Shown: positions 27,976 through 38,678, counted from the first letter of the stretch. The stretch is DNA of 45,789 bases from an uncultured Arenimonas sp. (GCF_963976025.1 NZ_CAXBJS010000001.1:1-45789), one strand, 5' to 3'. The notes: generated from the letters alone by a model not told the origin. Numbers and translations are program-made.

Positions 27976-28404
27976 TCAGCGGCCGATGACGGCGCCGGTC
28001 ATGCGCGAAATGCAGACCAGGCGGCCCCTGTCGTCTTCGATGCGGATTTCCCAGACCTGGGTGGCGCGGCCCAGGTGGATCGGGCGCGCGGTGCCGGTGA
28101 CTTGGCCTTCGGTGACGGCCTTGATGTGGTTGGCGTTGATTTCCAGGCCCGCCAGCTGCTGGCCCGAGTCCGGATCCAGGCACAGGTAACCGCCCAGGCT
28201 GGCCAGGGTTTCGGCCAGCAACACCGAGGAGCCGCCGTGCAGCAGGCCAAAGGGCTGTTTGGTGCGCGCGTCCACGGGCATGGTGGCGCGCAGGAAGTCG
28301 GGACCGTGTTCGGTCAGCACGATGCCCAGGTTGCCCGGCGCGGTGCCGGGCAACAGGGCATTGAGAGCATCGACGCCGGGCCGCTGGCGGAACGGGTCGG
28401 TCAC
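27976..28404 (-). CDS. Hotdog-fold thioesterase (PaaI/YdiI-like)
   Basis: QPFGLLHGG, LAETLAS and EINANH motifs. Confidence 0.9.
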   Translation of the reverse strand: MTDPFRQRPGVDALNALLPGTAPGNLGIVLTEHGPDFLRATMPVDARTKQPFGLLHGGSSVLLAETLASLGGYLCLDPDSGQQLAGLEINANHIKAVTEGQVTGTARPIHLGRATQVWEIRIEDDRGRLVCISRMTGAVIGR

Positions 28405-28417
28405 GCGCTTGCCAGGC

Positions 28418-29026
28418 TCAGCGGACGCGCAGCATGCCCGGGCGGTAGGCCGAGGTGTAGCCGCGGCGCGCGTAACCCGAGCTGTCGCCGTAGCCACCGC
28501 CCAGTTCGCGGTTGCGGCGGCGGTGCATGCGGTCGACGAGTTCGTCGCGGCGGGCTTCGAGCCAGTCGGCGCGACCGGCCTTGGCCGGGTCCAGGCCGCG
28601 GCGCTCGGCCTCGCCCTGGCGGAACTCGCAGAATTCGTCGTAGGCGTCGAGCTCGTGCTTGAGGTCCTTGACGCACATTTCGATGGCGATGGCGTCGTCG
28701 AAGTAACCCAGCACCGGCACGCTGTCCGGGATGACGTCGGCCGGGTCGGCGAAATAGACCAAGGCCGACAGCACGCGCTGCCTGTCTTCTTCGGGCAGGT
28801 GCCAGCCATCGTCGCGCAGCATGGCGATCATGGCGTCCAGGCGGTCCAGGCGCTCATTGATGAAGTCCGGCAGGTCGGCGATGTTGGCGCCCTTGAGCAG
28901 CCCGGCCGCGGCGTTGATGATTTCGTCGGCGGACTTGTTGCCGGCCGACGCGCGCGCCGTTTCCATGGCCTTCGTGAAGTGGGCGAGGTCGCGGTCGGAG
29001 AGTTCGAAGCTGATCGAAAGGGGCAT
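28418..29026 (-). CDS. YkvA/DUF1232 family protein
   Basis: ALVYFADPADVIPDSVPVLGYFDDA motif. Confidence 0.85.
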   Translation of the reverse strand: MPLSISFELSDRDLAHFTKAMETARASAGNKSADEIINAAAGLLKGANIADLPDFINERLDRLDAMIAMLRDDGWHLPEEDRQRVLSALVYFADPADVIPDSVPVLGYFDDAIAIEMCVKDLKHELDAYDEFCEFRQGEAERRGLDPAKAGRADWLEARRDELVDRMHRRRNRELGGGYGDSSGYARRGYTSAYRPGMLRVR

Positions 29027-29133
29027 GCGGGCGATTCCGGCAGACGTTTACAGGAACGCGCAGCCTAGGCCGGGCCGCCAGCAGCGTCAATCGAACGCAG
29101 TGGCGGGTGGATCCGGCCAGGCTGGCGGGCGGG

Positions 29134-30975
29134 TCAGAGAATGGGCACCAGGCCGGCGCCAAAGGCCGTCAGGATGCGGGTGTAGACGGTTTTCAGGGGC
29201 AGGTCGACCTCCGGAAAGGCGCCCACGTCCTGGTAACAGGTGTAGAAGCGCGGGTCTTCGGGCGGCAGCGGGTTGCAGCCTTCACGCAGCTCGAAGCTGC
29301 TGGCGTAGGGGAAGGGCCAGATGTCGAAGATCGGCAGCTTTTCCGACAATTTGCCCAGGCTGTAGTTCAGGCCCGACAGCACCGGCGGCTTTTCCTGGCG
29401 GGCGATGGTCCAGGCATTGGCCGGGATCATGTCGCGCTGGATGCTGGCGCGCAGGGCCCCGGCGAACTGGCTGTCGTGAACGACCACCATCGATTCGGTG
29501 TTGAGCTTGTCCGAGCGCGGGTCGAAGTTGTGGCTGCCGACCACGCCGATGCGGTCGTCCACGACGATGGACTTGGCGTGCAGGCCCACCCGCACGCCGG
29601 CGCGCTTGAGCGGCACCGGCCCCGAGGCCGAGCCGGACGAGCCGGAGCCGAAGATCGGCAGCGCGGCCTCACGGGGACCCAGCACGCCGGTGGCCGCGAC
29701 ATCGATCGGTGCGTCCTCGGGATAGGGCTTGTACTCGAAGATCTGGAAGCCCAGCTCGCGCAGGTACAGGCGCTTGTACTTGTGGCTCATCGCGTAAACG
29801 GGGAAGGCGTCGGTCGCGGCCAGGGAATTGGTCGAAACGATGACCTCGGGCGCGTCGGTGCGCGCGTGCATTTCCCGGAACAGCTTGCGCGCCGGCCGCG
29901 ACAGCACCAGGTAGGGCGTCTGCATGACCAGTTCGTCGCGGGAGGAATCGACCAGGTCGCGCATGGCCCGCGAGGCATCCTCGTGCGCGGGCTGTTCGCC
30001 GATGTGCTTTTCCGGCAGGTCGGCGAAAAATTCGACCTGGCCCACGGGCAGGGTCAGCGGCGCCAGGCGTTCGTACACGGCGGCGCCGTCGGTGACGGCC
30101 TCGGCCATGGCCAGCACCCGCGGTGAACGCTCGCGGGCGGGGTCGAGCAGTCGGTGCGCGGGCACCCCGCCCTCGCGGATCAGGCGCTCGGCAACGTCCT
30201 TGAGCGTATGCGCCGGGTGGCTTTGTTCAAAGGTCCAGAAGGCCTCGAAGTTTTCCTTCATGGCCGCGGCGATCGGGCCGGCGACGAGGATGTCGCGGTC
30301 GCGGTAGTTGTAACTTTCGCCCCAGTCGAAATAGCGGTCCTGGATGTTGCGGCCGCCGGTGACCCCGACCGTGCCGTCCACCAGCAGCAGCTTGGTGTGC
30401 ATGCGTCGGTTGAACTTGCGGAAGCAGCAGACGATGCCGGCCGCGTACTGCAGGGGCTGGGTCTTGGCTTCGCCGAAGGTCGGGTTGTACAGGCGCAGCT
30501 CGAAATTGGGATGGGCGCCGGCCAGCGCGGCCTGCAGGCCGGGGTCGGGCAGGCCGTAGAGCTGGTCGAGCAGCAGGCGCACCTTCACGCCGCGGCGCGC
30601 AGCGGCCAGCAGCTCGTCGAGCACCAGCAGGCCGGAGTCGTCGACGTCGTAGATGAAACTTTGCAGGTCGATGTTTTCGCGCGCGGCACGGATAAGGTGC
30701 AGGCGGGCGATCAGGCCGTCCTGGCCGCGGTCGAGCAACGTGACGTAGTGGTGCGGCGCCTCGGCGGTGGACGCGGCAATCGCCTCGCCGCCCAGGGCGA
30801 GCAGGGGCGAAGCCACCGGGCGGCAGGCCGGGTCGTTGCCGTCGCGGCAGTCGCGGGCGGCAGCGTGGCCGGATTCGACGATATCGGTGGCGGCACGCAG
30901 GTCGCTGCGGCTGAGCGTGGCGCAGCCGGAGGCGAACAGGACCAGGAGCAGCGGCAGGGCCAGGCGGGGGGACAT
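29134..30975 (-). CDS. Phospholipase D family lipoprotein (ClsC-like)
   Basis: Lipobox ASGC; two HKD motifs (HTKLLLVD, HAKSIVVD); GSHNFDPRS. Confidence 0.9.
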   Translation of the reverse strand: MSPRLALPLLLVLFASGCATLSRSDLRAATDIVESGHAAARDCRDGNDPACRPVASPLLALGGEAIAASTAEAPHHYVTLLDRGQDGLIARLHLIRAARENIDLQSFIYDVDDSGLLVLDELLAAARRGVKVRLLLDQLYGLPDPGLQAALAGAHPNFELRLYNPTFGEAKTQPLQYAAGIVCCFRKFNRRMHTKLLLVDGTVGVTGGRNIQDRYFDWGESYNYRDRDILVAGPIAAAMKENFEAFWTFEQSHPAHTLKDVAERLIREGGVPAHRLLDPARERSPRVLAMAEAVTDGAAVYERLAPLTLPVGQVEFFADLPEKHIGEQPAHEDASRAMRDLVDSSRDELVMQTPYLVLSRPARKLFREMHARTDAPEVIVSTNSLAATDAFPVYAMSHKYKRLYLRELGFQIFEYKPYPEDAPIDVAATGVLGPREAALPIFGSGSSGSASGPVPLKRAGVRVGLHAKSIVVDDRIGVVGSHNFDPRSDKLNTESMVVVHDSQFAGALRASIQRDMIPANAWTIARQEKPPVLSGLNYSLGKLSEKLPIFDIWPFPYASSFELREGCNPLPPEDPRFYTCYQDVGAFPEVDLPLKTVYTRILTAFGAGLVPIL

Positions 30976-30982
30976 GGCGGTC

Positions 30983-31561
30983 TCAGGGTTGCCGGAGGCG
31001 GACGTGGAAGTCGAAGCCTACCTCGTCGCGCAGCCAGACCCGGTAGGCCTCCATGCCGAAGTCGCGCCGGCTGACCTGCCCGGCCACGGGGATGTCGCAA
31101 TCGTAGCCGGGGTTTTCGCAGGCCGAAGGCGCCACCTGGAAGGCCACCGGACGGGCCACGCCGCGCAGTTCGACGGTGCCGGCCAGGGTGCCGCCCTTGC
31201 GCACCAGTTCGGGCGCGAAAGGTTCGGAGCGGAAGTGGATCCAGCGATGGGCCTCGACGTCCAGGAACTTGGGCGAGCGCATCGAACGGCCCATCCAGGC
31301 CGGGCCGTCGAGTACCAGGCTGCGGGCGTCCAGACGCACCGACACCTGCAGGCGCTCGTCCTCGAGCCGGTCTATGCGCCCTTCCATGGCCTGGAAATCG
31401 CCCCGCACGCGGCCGCCCAGGCGCAGGTCCACCTCGATGCCCGCGCGCGAGGCGGCGGCATCTATAAGCGGGGAATCTTCCGGGCCGATCGCCAGCGACC
31501 AGCCGGGCAGCCAGAGGCCGGCCACCAGGGCCAGGCCGGCGCCAGCCGGACCGGGTTTCAT
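30983..31561 (-). CDS. YceI family protein
   Basis: Signal peptide; FLDVEAHRWIHFRS, GTVELRGVARPV and SRRDFGM. Confidence 0.82.
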   Translation of the reverse strand: MKPGPAGAGLALVAGLWLPGWSLAIGPEDSPLIDAAASRAGIEVDLRLGGRVRGDFQAMEGRIDRLEDERLQVSVRLDARSLVLDGPAWMGRSMRSPKFLDVEAHRWIHFRSEPFAPELVRKGGTLAGTVELRGVARPVAFQVAPSACENPGYDCDIPVAGQVSRRDFGMEAYRVWLRDEVGFDFHVRLRQP

Positions 31562-31565
31562 TGGC

Positions 31566-32042
31566 TCAGGGCCACCAGAAGGCGGCGATTCGGGCGATAC
31601 CGGGTTCGAGCGTGGCTTCGTCGGGCAGGGTCAGCACGGCCACGCCGCCGGCGGGCATGCCGCGGAAGTCGCCGGACTGGCCCGATGCCAGCAGGGCGGC
31701 CAGCTGCTCGAAGCCGGGGTTGTGGCCGATCATCAGCAGCCGGGCGACGTCGTTGTTTTCGTCGGCGATTTGGATAAGCCGGCCCGGGGTGGCGTCGTAG
31801 ATGCGGTCTTCCTGCCGGCACTCGAAGTAGCCCAGCGAGGCCATGACCGTCTCGCAGGTTTCGCGGGTGCGCCGGGCCGGCGACACCAGCACGCGGTCGG
31901 GCAGGTAGCCATGTTCCTTGAGCCAGCGGCCGGCGGCCTCGGCTTCGGCCTGGCCCTGGAGGGACAGCGGCCGGTCGAGGTCGTCCTGGCCCGGGGCGGG
32001 CGGTTCAGCGTGGGCGTGGCGCAGCAGGATCAGTTCGCGCAT
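31566..32042 (-). CDS. sixA: SixA-like histidine phosphatase
   Basis: LLRHAHA, DRPLS, SPARRTRET and GHNP motifs. Confidence 0.85.
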   Translation of the reverse strand: MRELILLRHAHAEPPAPGQDDLDRPLSLQGQAEAEAAGRWLKEHGYLPDRVLVSPARRTRETCETVMASLGYFECRQEDRIYDATPGRLIQIADENNDVARLLMIGHNPGFEQLAALLASGQSGDFRGMPAGGVAVLTLPDEATLEPGIARIAAFWWP

Positions 32043-32057
32043 GACGTTCCTTGTCGG

Positions 32058-32690
32058 TCAGAGGGCTTTCTTGAGCCAGCGCAGCAGCGGAGCCCAGTCT
32101 TCCTGATGGCTTCGCACCTGCTCGGAGTGGTAGTCGAATACGGATTTGCCCAGGCCGGCCAGCAGCACGTAGGCCTGGGTGTCGCGCAGCTGGGCGACCA
32201 GCGGGTAGGGCCAGGCCTGCAGCTGGGCCATGGCCTGCTGGGAGGCGCTGGTCCAGGGCTTGAGGCGGTTGCCGACCAGGCCCACGGGCAGCTTGCCCTT
32301 TTTCACCCGCGGGTGGGTGACCAGGCTGTCGAGGAAGGGCACGGTGGCCTCGATGTCGATCGCCGAAGGCAGCACCGGCACCACGACGGCGTCGGCGCGG
32401 TCCAGGAAGTCCTTGAGGTCGTCGCCCATGGCGCCGGCGGGCGCATCGACCACCAGCCGGGCGATGCCGTCGGGCAGGTGTTTGTCCCAGTTGCGCCGGC
32501 AGCCGTCGAGCGGCAGCACCGCGGATTCGAGGTGGGCGCGCTTCTCGCACCAGTGGGTCGAGGATTTTTGCTTGTCGGCGTCGAGGATGGCCGTGGCCTT
32601 GCCATCGAGCGCGAAATACGCGGCCAGGTTGGTGGCGACCGTGGACTTGCCGGCGCCGCCTTTCGAACTTGCGACCAGGATCGTGCGCAT
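32058..32690 (-). CDS. ParA family ATPase (short, orphan)
   Basis: KGGAGKST deviant Walker A, DADKQ and VDAP. Confidence 0.88.
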   Translation of the reverse strand: MRTILVASSKGGAGKSTVATNLAAYFALDGKATAILDADKQKSSTHWCEKRAHLESAVLPLDGCRRNWDKHLPDGIARLVVDAPAGAMGDDLKDFLDRADAVVVPVLPSAIDIEATVPFLDSLVTHPRVKKGKLPVGLVGNRLKPWTSASQQAMAQLQAWPYPLVAQLRDTQAYVLLAGLGKSVFDYHSEQVRSHQEDWAPLLRWLKKAL

Positions 32691-32819
32691 CAACGGGACT
32701 CCGCTGCGGGACGAAGCTCCACTCTACCCCGGCCGGCACGGCCTGGGAACGGCGGCCGAGCAGAAACTCTAGACGAGTGTGTGAGGTTGAACGAATCCAT
32801 CGGTTTCCGCGGGGGGCGC

Positions 32820-35800
32820 ATGAGCAAATCGCCAGCCCCGGGGCTGTATTCCCCGGCGTTCGAGCACGACAGCTGCGGCTTCGGCCTGGTGGCGCGGCTC
32901 GACGACCGCCCGCAGCGGGCGATCGTGGACGCGGCGCTGGTGGCGCTGGACCGGCTGACCCACCGCGGTGCCGTGGCCGCCGACGGTCGCAGCGGCGACG
33001 GCTGCGGCCTGCTGCTGCGCCGGCCCGAAGCCTTCCTGGCCGCGATTGCCGCCGAAGCCGGCCTGGCCTGGCGGTCCGGCGATGCCTGCGGCCTGGTGTT
33101 CCTGCCCGACGACGATGCCGGCGATGCCCGCTGCCGCGAGGCGCTGGCCGGGGCCCTGCAGGCCCGTGGCCTGGCCGTTTCCGGCTGGCGCGAGGTGCCG
33201 GTTGACCAGGCGGCCTGCGGCGAAGTGGCCCGGCGCGGGCTGCCGCGGCTGGCCCAGGTGTTCGTGCATGCGCCGGGCGACGGCGATGCCGCAGGCTTCG
33301 AACGCAGGCTCTTCCTGGCCCGGCGGCCGGGTTTTTATGTCGCCAGCCTGTCGGCGGCGACCCTGGCCTACAAGGCCATGGTGCTGCCGGCGGCGCTGCC
33401 GTCCCTGTTCCCGGACCTGGCGCGGGCCGACCTGGCCAGTTCGGCGGTGGTTTTCCACCAGCGTTTTTCCACCAATACCGCGCCGGCCTGGGCGCTGGCC
33501 CAGCCGTTCCGGGTGCTGGCGCACAACGGCGAGATCAACACCATCGCCGGCAACCGCTGCTGGGCCCTGGCGCGCGCCGCGCACTGGCGCACGCCGCACT
33601 TCGACCTGGCCGAGCTGCAGCCGCTGGTGTCGCTGGAAGGCTCGGATTCGCAGAGCCTGGACAACATGCTCGAGCTGCTGCTGATGGGCGGCATGGACCT
33701 GCTGCAGGCCATGCGCCTGCTGGTGCCGCCAGCCACGTCTTCACTGGAGTACAAGGACCCGGACCTGGCGGCGTTCTACGAATACCACGGGCTTTCCAGC
33801 GACCCCTGGGACGGGCCGGCCGGCATCGTGATGTGCGATGCCCGCTACGCCGCCTGCACGCTCGACCGCAACGGCCTGCGGCCGGCGCGCTGGCTGCTCA
33901 CCGACGACCAGATGCTGGTGGTGGCCTCGGAAACCGGCGTCTGCGACGTGCCCGACGACGCGGTGGTGGCGCGCGGCCGGCTGGGCCCGGGCGAGATGCT
34001 GGCGGTGGATTTCGGCCGCGGCCGGCTGCTGGGCAGCGAGGACATCGACGCCATCAACAAGGCGCGCGCCCCCTACAAGGCCTGGCTCAAGCAGGGCGTG
34101 GAGTACCTGTCCACCAGTCTGGTCGACCCCTCGCTGGCGGCCGAACCCATGGACCCGGCGACGCTGCGGCGTTTCCAGGTGCTGTTCCAGCTGACCCGCG
34201 AAGAACGCGAGTCCGAGCTGCGCGTGCTTGCCGAAACCGAACAGGAAGCCACCGGATCGATGGGCGACGACACGCCGCTGGCGGTGATGTCGCACTTCAT
34301 CCGGCCGGTGCACGACCACTTCCGGCAGGCCTTCGCCCAGGTCACCAATCCGCCGATCGACCCGCTGCGCGAGCAGGTGGTGATGTCGCTGGCCACCCAG
34401 CTGGGCCCGGAAGGCAATGCCTTCGAAGACACCGCCGACAATGCTGTGCAGGTGCTGCTGAACTCGCCGGTGCTGAGCCAGCGCAAGCTGCGCCAGCTGC
34501 TGGCGATGCCGCGTTTTTCCGACGCCCACGCGCTGATCAGGCTGAACCTGGGCGCGGGTGAATCCCTCGAGCAGGCGCTGCACCGTATCCGCGACGAAGC
34601 CGAAGCCGCGGTGCGCGCCGGCGCATCGATGGTGCTGCTGACCGACCGTTACCCGGAGCCCGGCCAGGCCGTCGTGCCGGCCCTGCTGGCCACCGGTGCG
34701 GTGCACCACCACCTGGTCGCCACCGGCCAGCGCTGCCGGGCCAATGTGGTGGTGGAAACCGGCGCGGCCCGCGGCGCGCACGCCATCGCCTGCCTGGTGG
34801 GCGTGGGCGCGACGGCCGTTTACCCCTACCTGGCCTACCAGACCATCGCCGCGCTGGGCCGTTCAGGCGTGGTCGCGGGCAAGATCGGCAACGCTCCGGC
34901 CGAACTGGGCCGCAGCTACCGGCGCGGCATCAAAAAGGGCCTGCTGAAGATCCTTTCGAAGATGGGCATCAGCACCATCGCCAGCTATCGCGGCGCCCAG
35001 CTGTTTGAAATCGTCGGCCTGGCCGATGAAGTCGTGGCGCTGTGTTTCCCCGGCGTGCCCAGCCGCATCCAGGGCGCGGGCTTCGCCGAACTCGAAGCCG
35101 AAGCGCGCGAACTGGCGGCCCTGGCCGCGTCCCCGACGGCGGAACTGGCGCCGGGTGGCCGGCACAAGCTGGTGGTCGGCGGCGAAAGCCACATGTTCAA
35201 CCCGGACGTCATCAACAGCCTGCAGCAGGCGGTGCGCAGCGGCGACAGCGCCGACTACCAGCGGTACGCGGCGCACGTGGACGGCCGCGCCCCGGCGGCG
35301 CTGCGCGACCTGCTGCAGCTGCGTGAGGCCAAGACGCCGCTTGCGCTCGATGAGGTTGAGCCCACCGAAGCCATCCTGGCGCGCTTCGATTCGGCCGGCA
35401 TGTCGCTGGGCGCGCTGTCGCCGGAAGCGCACGAAGCGCTGGCGATCGCGATGAACCGCCTGGGCGGGCGTTCGAATTCCGGCGAGGGCGGCGAAGACCC
35501 CTCCCGGCACGGCACCGAAAAGCGCAGCAAGATCAAGCAGGTCGCGTCCGGCCGCTTCGGCGTGACGCCCGAATACCTGGTCAACGCCGAAGTGCTGCAG
35601 ATCAAGATCGCCCAGGGCGCCAAACCCGGCGAAGGCGGCCAGCTGCCCGGCCACAAGGTCAACGCCACCATCGCCGCGCTGCGCCACGCGCGCCCGGGCA
35701 TCGGCCTGATCTCGCCGCCGCCGCACCACGACATCTATTCCATCGAAGACCTGGCGCAGCTGATCTTCGACCTCAAGGAAGTGAACCCGTCGGCGCTGGT

Positions 35801-37259
35801 GTCGGTGAAGCTGGTCTCGCACGCCGGCATCGGCACCATTGCCGCCGGCGTGGCCAAGGCCTATGCCGACCTGATCACCGTTTCCGGCCACGACGGCGGC
35901 ACCGGCGCTTCGCCGCTGTCGTCGATCCATCACGCCGGCACGCCCTGGGAACTGGGCCTGGCCGAAGTGCAGCAGACGCTGCGCCTGAACCACCTACGCG
36001 GGCGCGTGCGCCTGCAGGTGGACGGGGGCCTCAAGACCGGCCGCGACGTGGTGAAGGCGGCCATCCTGGGCGCCGAGAGTTTCGGCTTCGGCCCCACGCC
36101 GATGGTGGCGCTGGGCTGCCGTTACCTGCGCATCTGCCATCTGAACAACTGCGCGACCGGCGTCGCCACCCAGGACCCGCGCCTGCGCGCGAACCATTTC
36201 ATCGGCCTGCCGGAAATGGCGATGAACTTCTTCCGCTTCGTTGCCGACGACGTGCGCCAGTGGCTGGCGCGGCTGGGCGTGGCGCGGCTCGAGGACCTGA
36301 TCGGCCGCACCGACCTGCTTGAACGCCTGCCGGGGGATACGCCGCGCCAGCGCCGCATCGACCTGGATCCGGTTCTGCAGGCGGCCAGCGGCAAAGGCGA
36401 AGCGGCCCGTTACAACCAGCAGCCCCGCAATCCCCCGCGCGACACCGGCGAACTGGCCGCGCGCATGCTCGAAGAAACCCGCGCCGCGCTTGCGGCCGGC
36501 GCCGGCGGCGAATTCCACTTCCCGGTGCGCAACCGCGACCGCAGCCTGGGTGCGCGCCTGTCGGGCGAAATCGCGCGCCAGCACGGCAACCAGGGCATGG
36601 CCGACACACCGCTGCAGCTGCGGCTTTCCGGCCACGCCGGGCAGAGCCTGGGCGCCTGGAACGCCGGCGGTTTGTTCATCGAACTCACCGGCGACGCCAA
36701 CGACTACGTCGGCAAGGGCATGGCCGGCGGCCGCATCGTGCTGCGGCCGCCCGCGGATACACGCTACGTCGCCCGCGAGGCGCCGATCATGGGCAATACC
36801 TGCCTCTACGGCGCCACCGGCGGCGAGCTGTACGCCGCGGGGCGCGCGGGCGAACGCTTCGCGGTGCGCAACTCCGGCGCACTGGCGGTGGTCGAAGGCG
36901 TCGGCGACCACGGCTGCGAATACATGACCGGCGGCGTGGTGGCGGTGCTGGGCCGCACCGGCCTGAACTTCGGCGCCGGTTTCACCGGTGGCCTGGCCTA
37001 CGTGCTCGACCTGGACCGCGATTTCGTCGACCGCTACAACCACGAACTGGTGGACGTGCACCGCGTCACGCCCGAAGGCATGGAACACCATCGCCACCAC
37101 CTGCGCTGCCTGCTGCGCGACCACGCCGGCCACACCGGCAGCGTCTGGGCGACCCGCCTGCTGGAAGACTTCCGCGACGTCGCAGGCAAGTTCTGGCTGG
37201 TCAAACCCAAGGCCGCGTCACTCGAACAATTGGCCGACGACCTGCGGCGGGCGGCATGA
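32820..37259 (+). CDS. gltB: Glutamate synthase large subunit
   Basis: HDSCGFG, HQRFSTNT, HNGEINT, QGAKPGEGGQLPG, CHLNNCATG and GXGXG repeats. ATG at 32820. Confidence 0.96.
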   Translation: MSKSPAPGLYSPAFEHDSCGFGLVARLDDRPQRAIVDAALVALDRLTHRGAVAADGRSGDGCGLLLRRPEAFLAAIAAEAGLAWRSGDACGLVFLPDDDAGDARCREALAGALQARGLAVSGWREVPVDQAACGEVARRGLPRLAQVFVHAPGDGDAAGFERRLFLARRPGFYVASLSAATLAYKAMVLPAALPSLFPDLARADLASSAVVFHQRFSTNTAPAWALAQPFRVLAHNGEINTIAGNRCWALARAAHWRTPHFDLAELQPLVSLEGSDSQSLDNMLELLLMGGMDLLQAMRLLVPPATSSLEYKDPDLAAFYEYHGLSSDPWDGPAGIVMCDARYAACTLDRNGLRPARWLLTDDQMLVVASETGVCDVPDDAVVARGRLGPGEMLAVDFGRGRLLGSEDIDAINKARAPYKAWLKQGVEYLSTSLVDPSLAAEPMDPATLRRFQVLFQLTREERESELRVLAETEQEATGSMGDDTPLAVMSHFIRPVHDHFRQAFAQVTNPPIDPLREQVVMSLATQLGPEGNAFEDTADNAVQVLLNSPVLSQRKLRQLLAMPRFSDAHALIRLNLGAGESLEQALHRIRDEAEAAVRAGASMVLLTDRYPEPGQAVVPALLATGAVHHHLVATGQRCRANVVVETGAARGAHAIACLVGVGATAVYPYLAYQTIAALGRSGVVAGKIGNAPAELGRSYRRGIKKGLLKILSKMGISTIASYRGAQLFEIVGLADEVVALCFPGVPSRIQGAGFAELEAEARELAALAASPTAELAPGGRHKLVVGGESHMFNPDVINSLQQAVRSGDSADYQRYAAHVDGRAPAALRDLLQLREAKTPLALDEVEPTEAILARFDSAGMSLGALSPEAHEALAIAMNRLGGRSNSGEGGEDPSRHGTEKRSKIKQVASGRFGVTPEYLVNAEVLQIKIAQGAKPGEGGQLPGHKVNATIAALRHARPGIGLISPPPHHDIYSIEDLAQLIFDLKEVNPSALVSVKLVSHAGIGTIAAGVAKAYADLITVSGHDGGTGASPLSSIHHAGTPWELGLAEVQQTLRLNHLRGRVRLQVDGGLKTGRDVVKAAILGAESFGFGPTPMVALGCRYLRICHLNNCATGVATQDPRLRANHFIGLPEMAMNFFRFVADDVRQWLARLGVARLEDLIGRTDLLERLPGDTPRQRRIDLDPVLQAASGKGEAARYNQQPRNPPRDTGELAARMLEETRAALAAGAGGEFHFPVRNRDRSLGARLSGEIARQHGNQGMADTPLQLRLSGHAGQSLGAWNAGGLFIELTGDANDYVGKGMAGGRIVLRPPADTRYVAREAPIMGNTCLYGATGGELYAAGRAGERFAVRNSGALAVVEGVGDHGCEYMTGGVVAVLGRTGLNFGAGFTGGLAYVLDLDRDFVDRYNHELVDVHRVTPEGMEHHRHHLRCLLRDHAGHTGSVWATRLLEDFRDVAGKFWLVKPKAASLEQLADDLRRAA

Positions 37260-38662
37260 AGGCCCGGCCCTTCCAGTTCCTGGACGTGCCGCGACGCATG
37301 CCGCGCGAACTGCCGGCCAACGTGCGCGTGCTGGGCTGGCAGGAAATCTACGCCGGCTTCGAAGCCGAAGGCGCCGCCGAACAGGGCGCGCGCTGCCTGG
37401 ACTGCGGCAATCCCTACTGCGAGTGGAAGTGCCCGGTGCACAACCCGATCCCGGACTGGCTGGCGCTGGTGCGCGAGGGCCGCTTGTTTGAGGCAGCCGA
37501 GCTGGCGCATTCCACCAACCCGCTGCCGGAAGTCTGCGGCCGGGTCTGCCCGCAGGATCGCCTGTGCGAAGGCGACTGCACCCTGCACACCGGCTTCGAG
37601 GCGGTGACGATCGGTGCCATCGAGAAATACATCGTTGACGAAGCCTTCCGCCAGGGCTGGCGACCCGACCTTTCGGCGGTTCAGCCCAGCGGCAAACGCG
37701 TGGCGGTGATCGGCGCCGGCCCGGCCGGCCTGGCCTGCGCCGACCGGCTGGCGCGCGCCGGCATCCAGGCGCATGTGTTCGACCGCCACGCCCAGATCGG
37801 CGGCCTGCTCAGCTACGGCATCCCCGCCTTCAAGCTGGAAAAGTCGGTGATGGACGTGCGCCGCGAGGTGCTCGAAGGCATGGGCGTGCAGTTCCACCTG
37901 GGCGTGGACGTGGACGCGACGCTGGGCGCCGGGCTGCTGCGCGACCATGACGCGCTGTTCCTGGGCACCGGCGCCACCACGCCCGTGGATGCCGGCCTGC
38001 CGGGCCAGGAGCTTCCCGGCGTGCTCTCGGCCCTGCCCTTCCTGGTGGCCAACGCGCGCCGGCAGCGCGGCGAAAAACACGAAGGCGACGTCAACTTCGC
38101 CCTGGCGGGCCGGCGTGTACTGGTGCTCGGCGGCGGCGACACCGCCATGGACTGCGTGCGTTCGGCCGTGCGCCTGGGCGCGGCCCAGGTGACCTGCGCC
38201 TATCGCCGCGGCGAAGCCGACATGCCCGGTTCGGCGCGCGAGGTCAAACACGCGCGCGCCGAGGGCGTGCATTTCCTGTTCCACCGCCAGCCCCTGGCCA
38301 TCGAGGGCGGCGCGGCCGTGACCGGCGTGCGCCTGGCCGCAACCCGCGCCAGCAGTGGCCGGGCTGGCGCACTGGAACTGGTCCCTGGCAGCGAAGAAAC
38401 CATCGCCGCCGACGTGGTGATCCAGTCCTTCGGCTTCCGCGCCAGCCCCGCGCCCTGGTGGCAGGACATCGGCATAGAACTCGGCGGCCGTGGCCACGTC
38501 GCCACCCGCGGCCCGGCCGGCGCCACCTCGCACCCGAAGGTTTTCGCCGGCGGCGACAACGTGCGCGGCGCCGACCTGGTGGTCACCGCCGTCCACGACG
38601 GCCGCGAAGCCGGCGACGCCATCGCCCGGAAACTCGAGCTCGCTCCGTTATCATCCCGGTAA
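37256..38662 (+). CDS. gltD: Glutamate synthase small subunit
   Basis: CLDCGNPYCEWKCP, GRVCPQDRLCE, GAGPAG and GGGDTAMDC; ATGA overlap with gltB. Confidence 0.95.
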   Translation: MKARPFQFLDVPRRMPRELPANVRVLGWQEIYAGFEAEGAAEQGARCLDCGNPYCEWKCPVHNPIPDWLALVREGRLFEAAELAHSTNPLPEVCGRVCPQDRLCEGDCTLHTGFEAVTIGAIEKYIVDEAFRQGWRPDLSAVQPSGKRVAVIGAGPAGLACADRLARAGIQAHVFDRHAQIGGLLSYGIPAFKLEKSVMDVRREVLEGMGVQFHLGVDVDATLGAGLLRDHDALFLGTGATTPVDAGLPGQELPGVLSALPFLVANARRQRGEKHEGDVNFALAGRRVLVLGGGDTAMDCVRSAVRLGAAQVTCAYRRGEADMPGSAREVKHARAEGVHFLFHRQPLAIEGGAAVTGVRLAATRASSGRAGALELVPGSEETIAADVVIQSFGFRASPAPWWQDIGIELGGRGHVATRGPAGATSHPKVFAGGDNVRGADLVVTAVHDGREAGDAIARKLELAPLSSR

Positions 38663-38678
38663 TGACCGGGGACCAAGA

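Noticed and set aside
31176-32819. 548-aa N-terminal extension of gltB in the 2027-aa ORF
   Set aside because: It is antisense to yceI, sixA and parA. GltB homology begins at ATG 32820, just before the mature Cys (HDSCGFG).
38655-38670. CCCGGT-AATG-ACCGGG hairpin over the gltD stop
   Set aside because: Short stem with no U-tract, and the next gene starts 8 bp later; insufficient for a terminator call.
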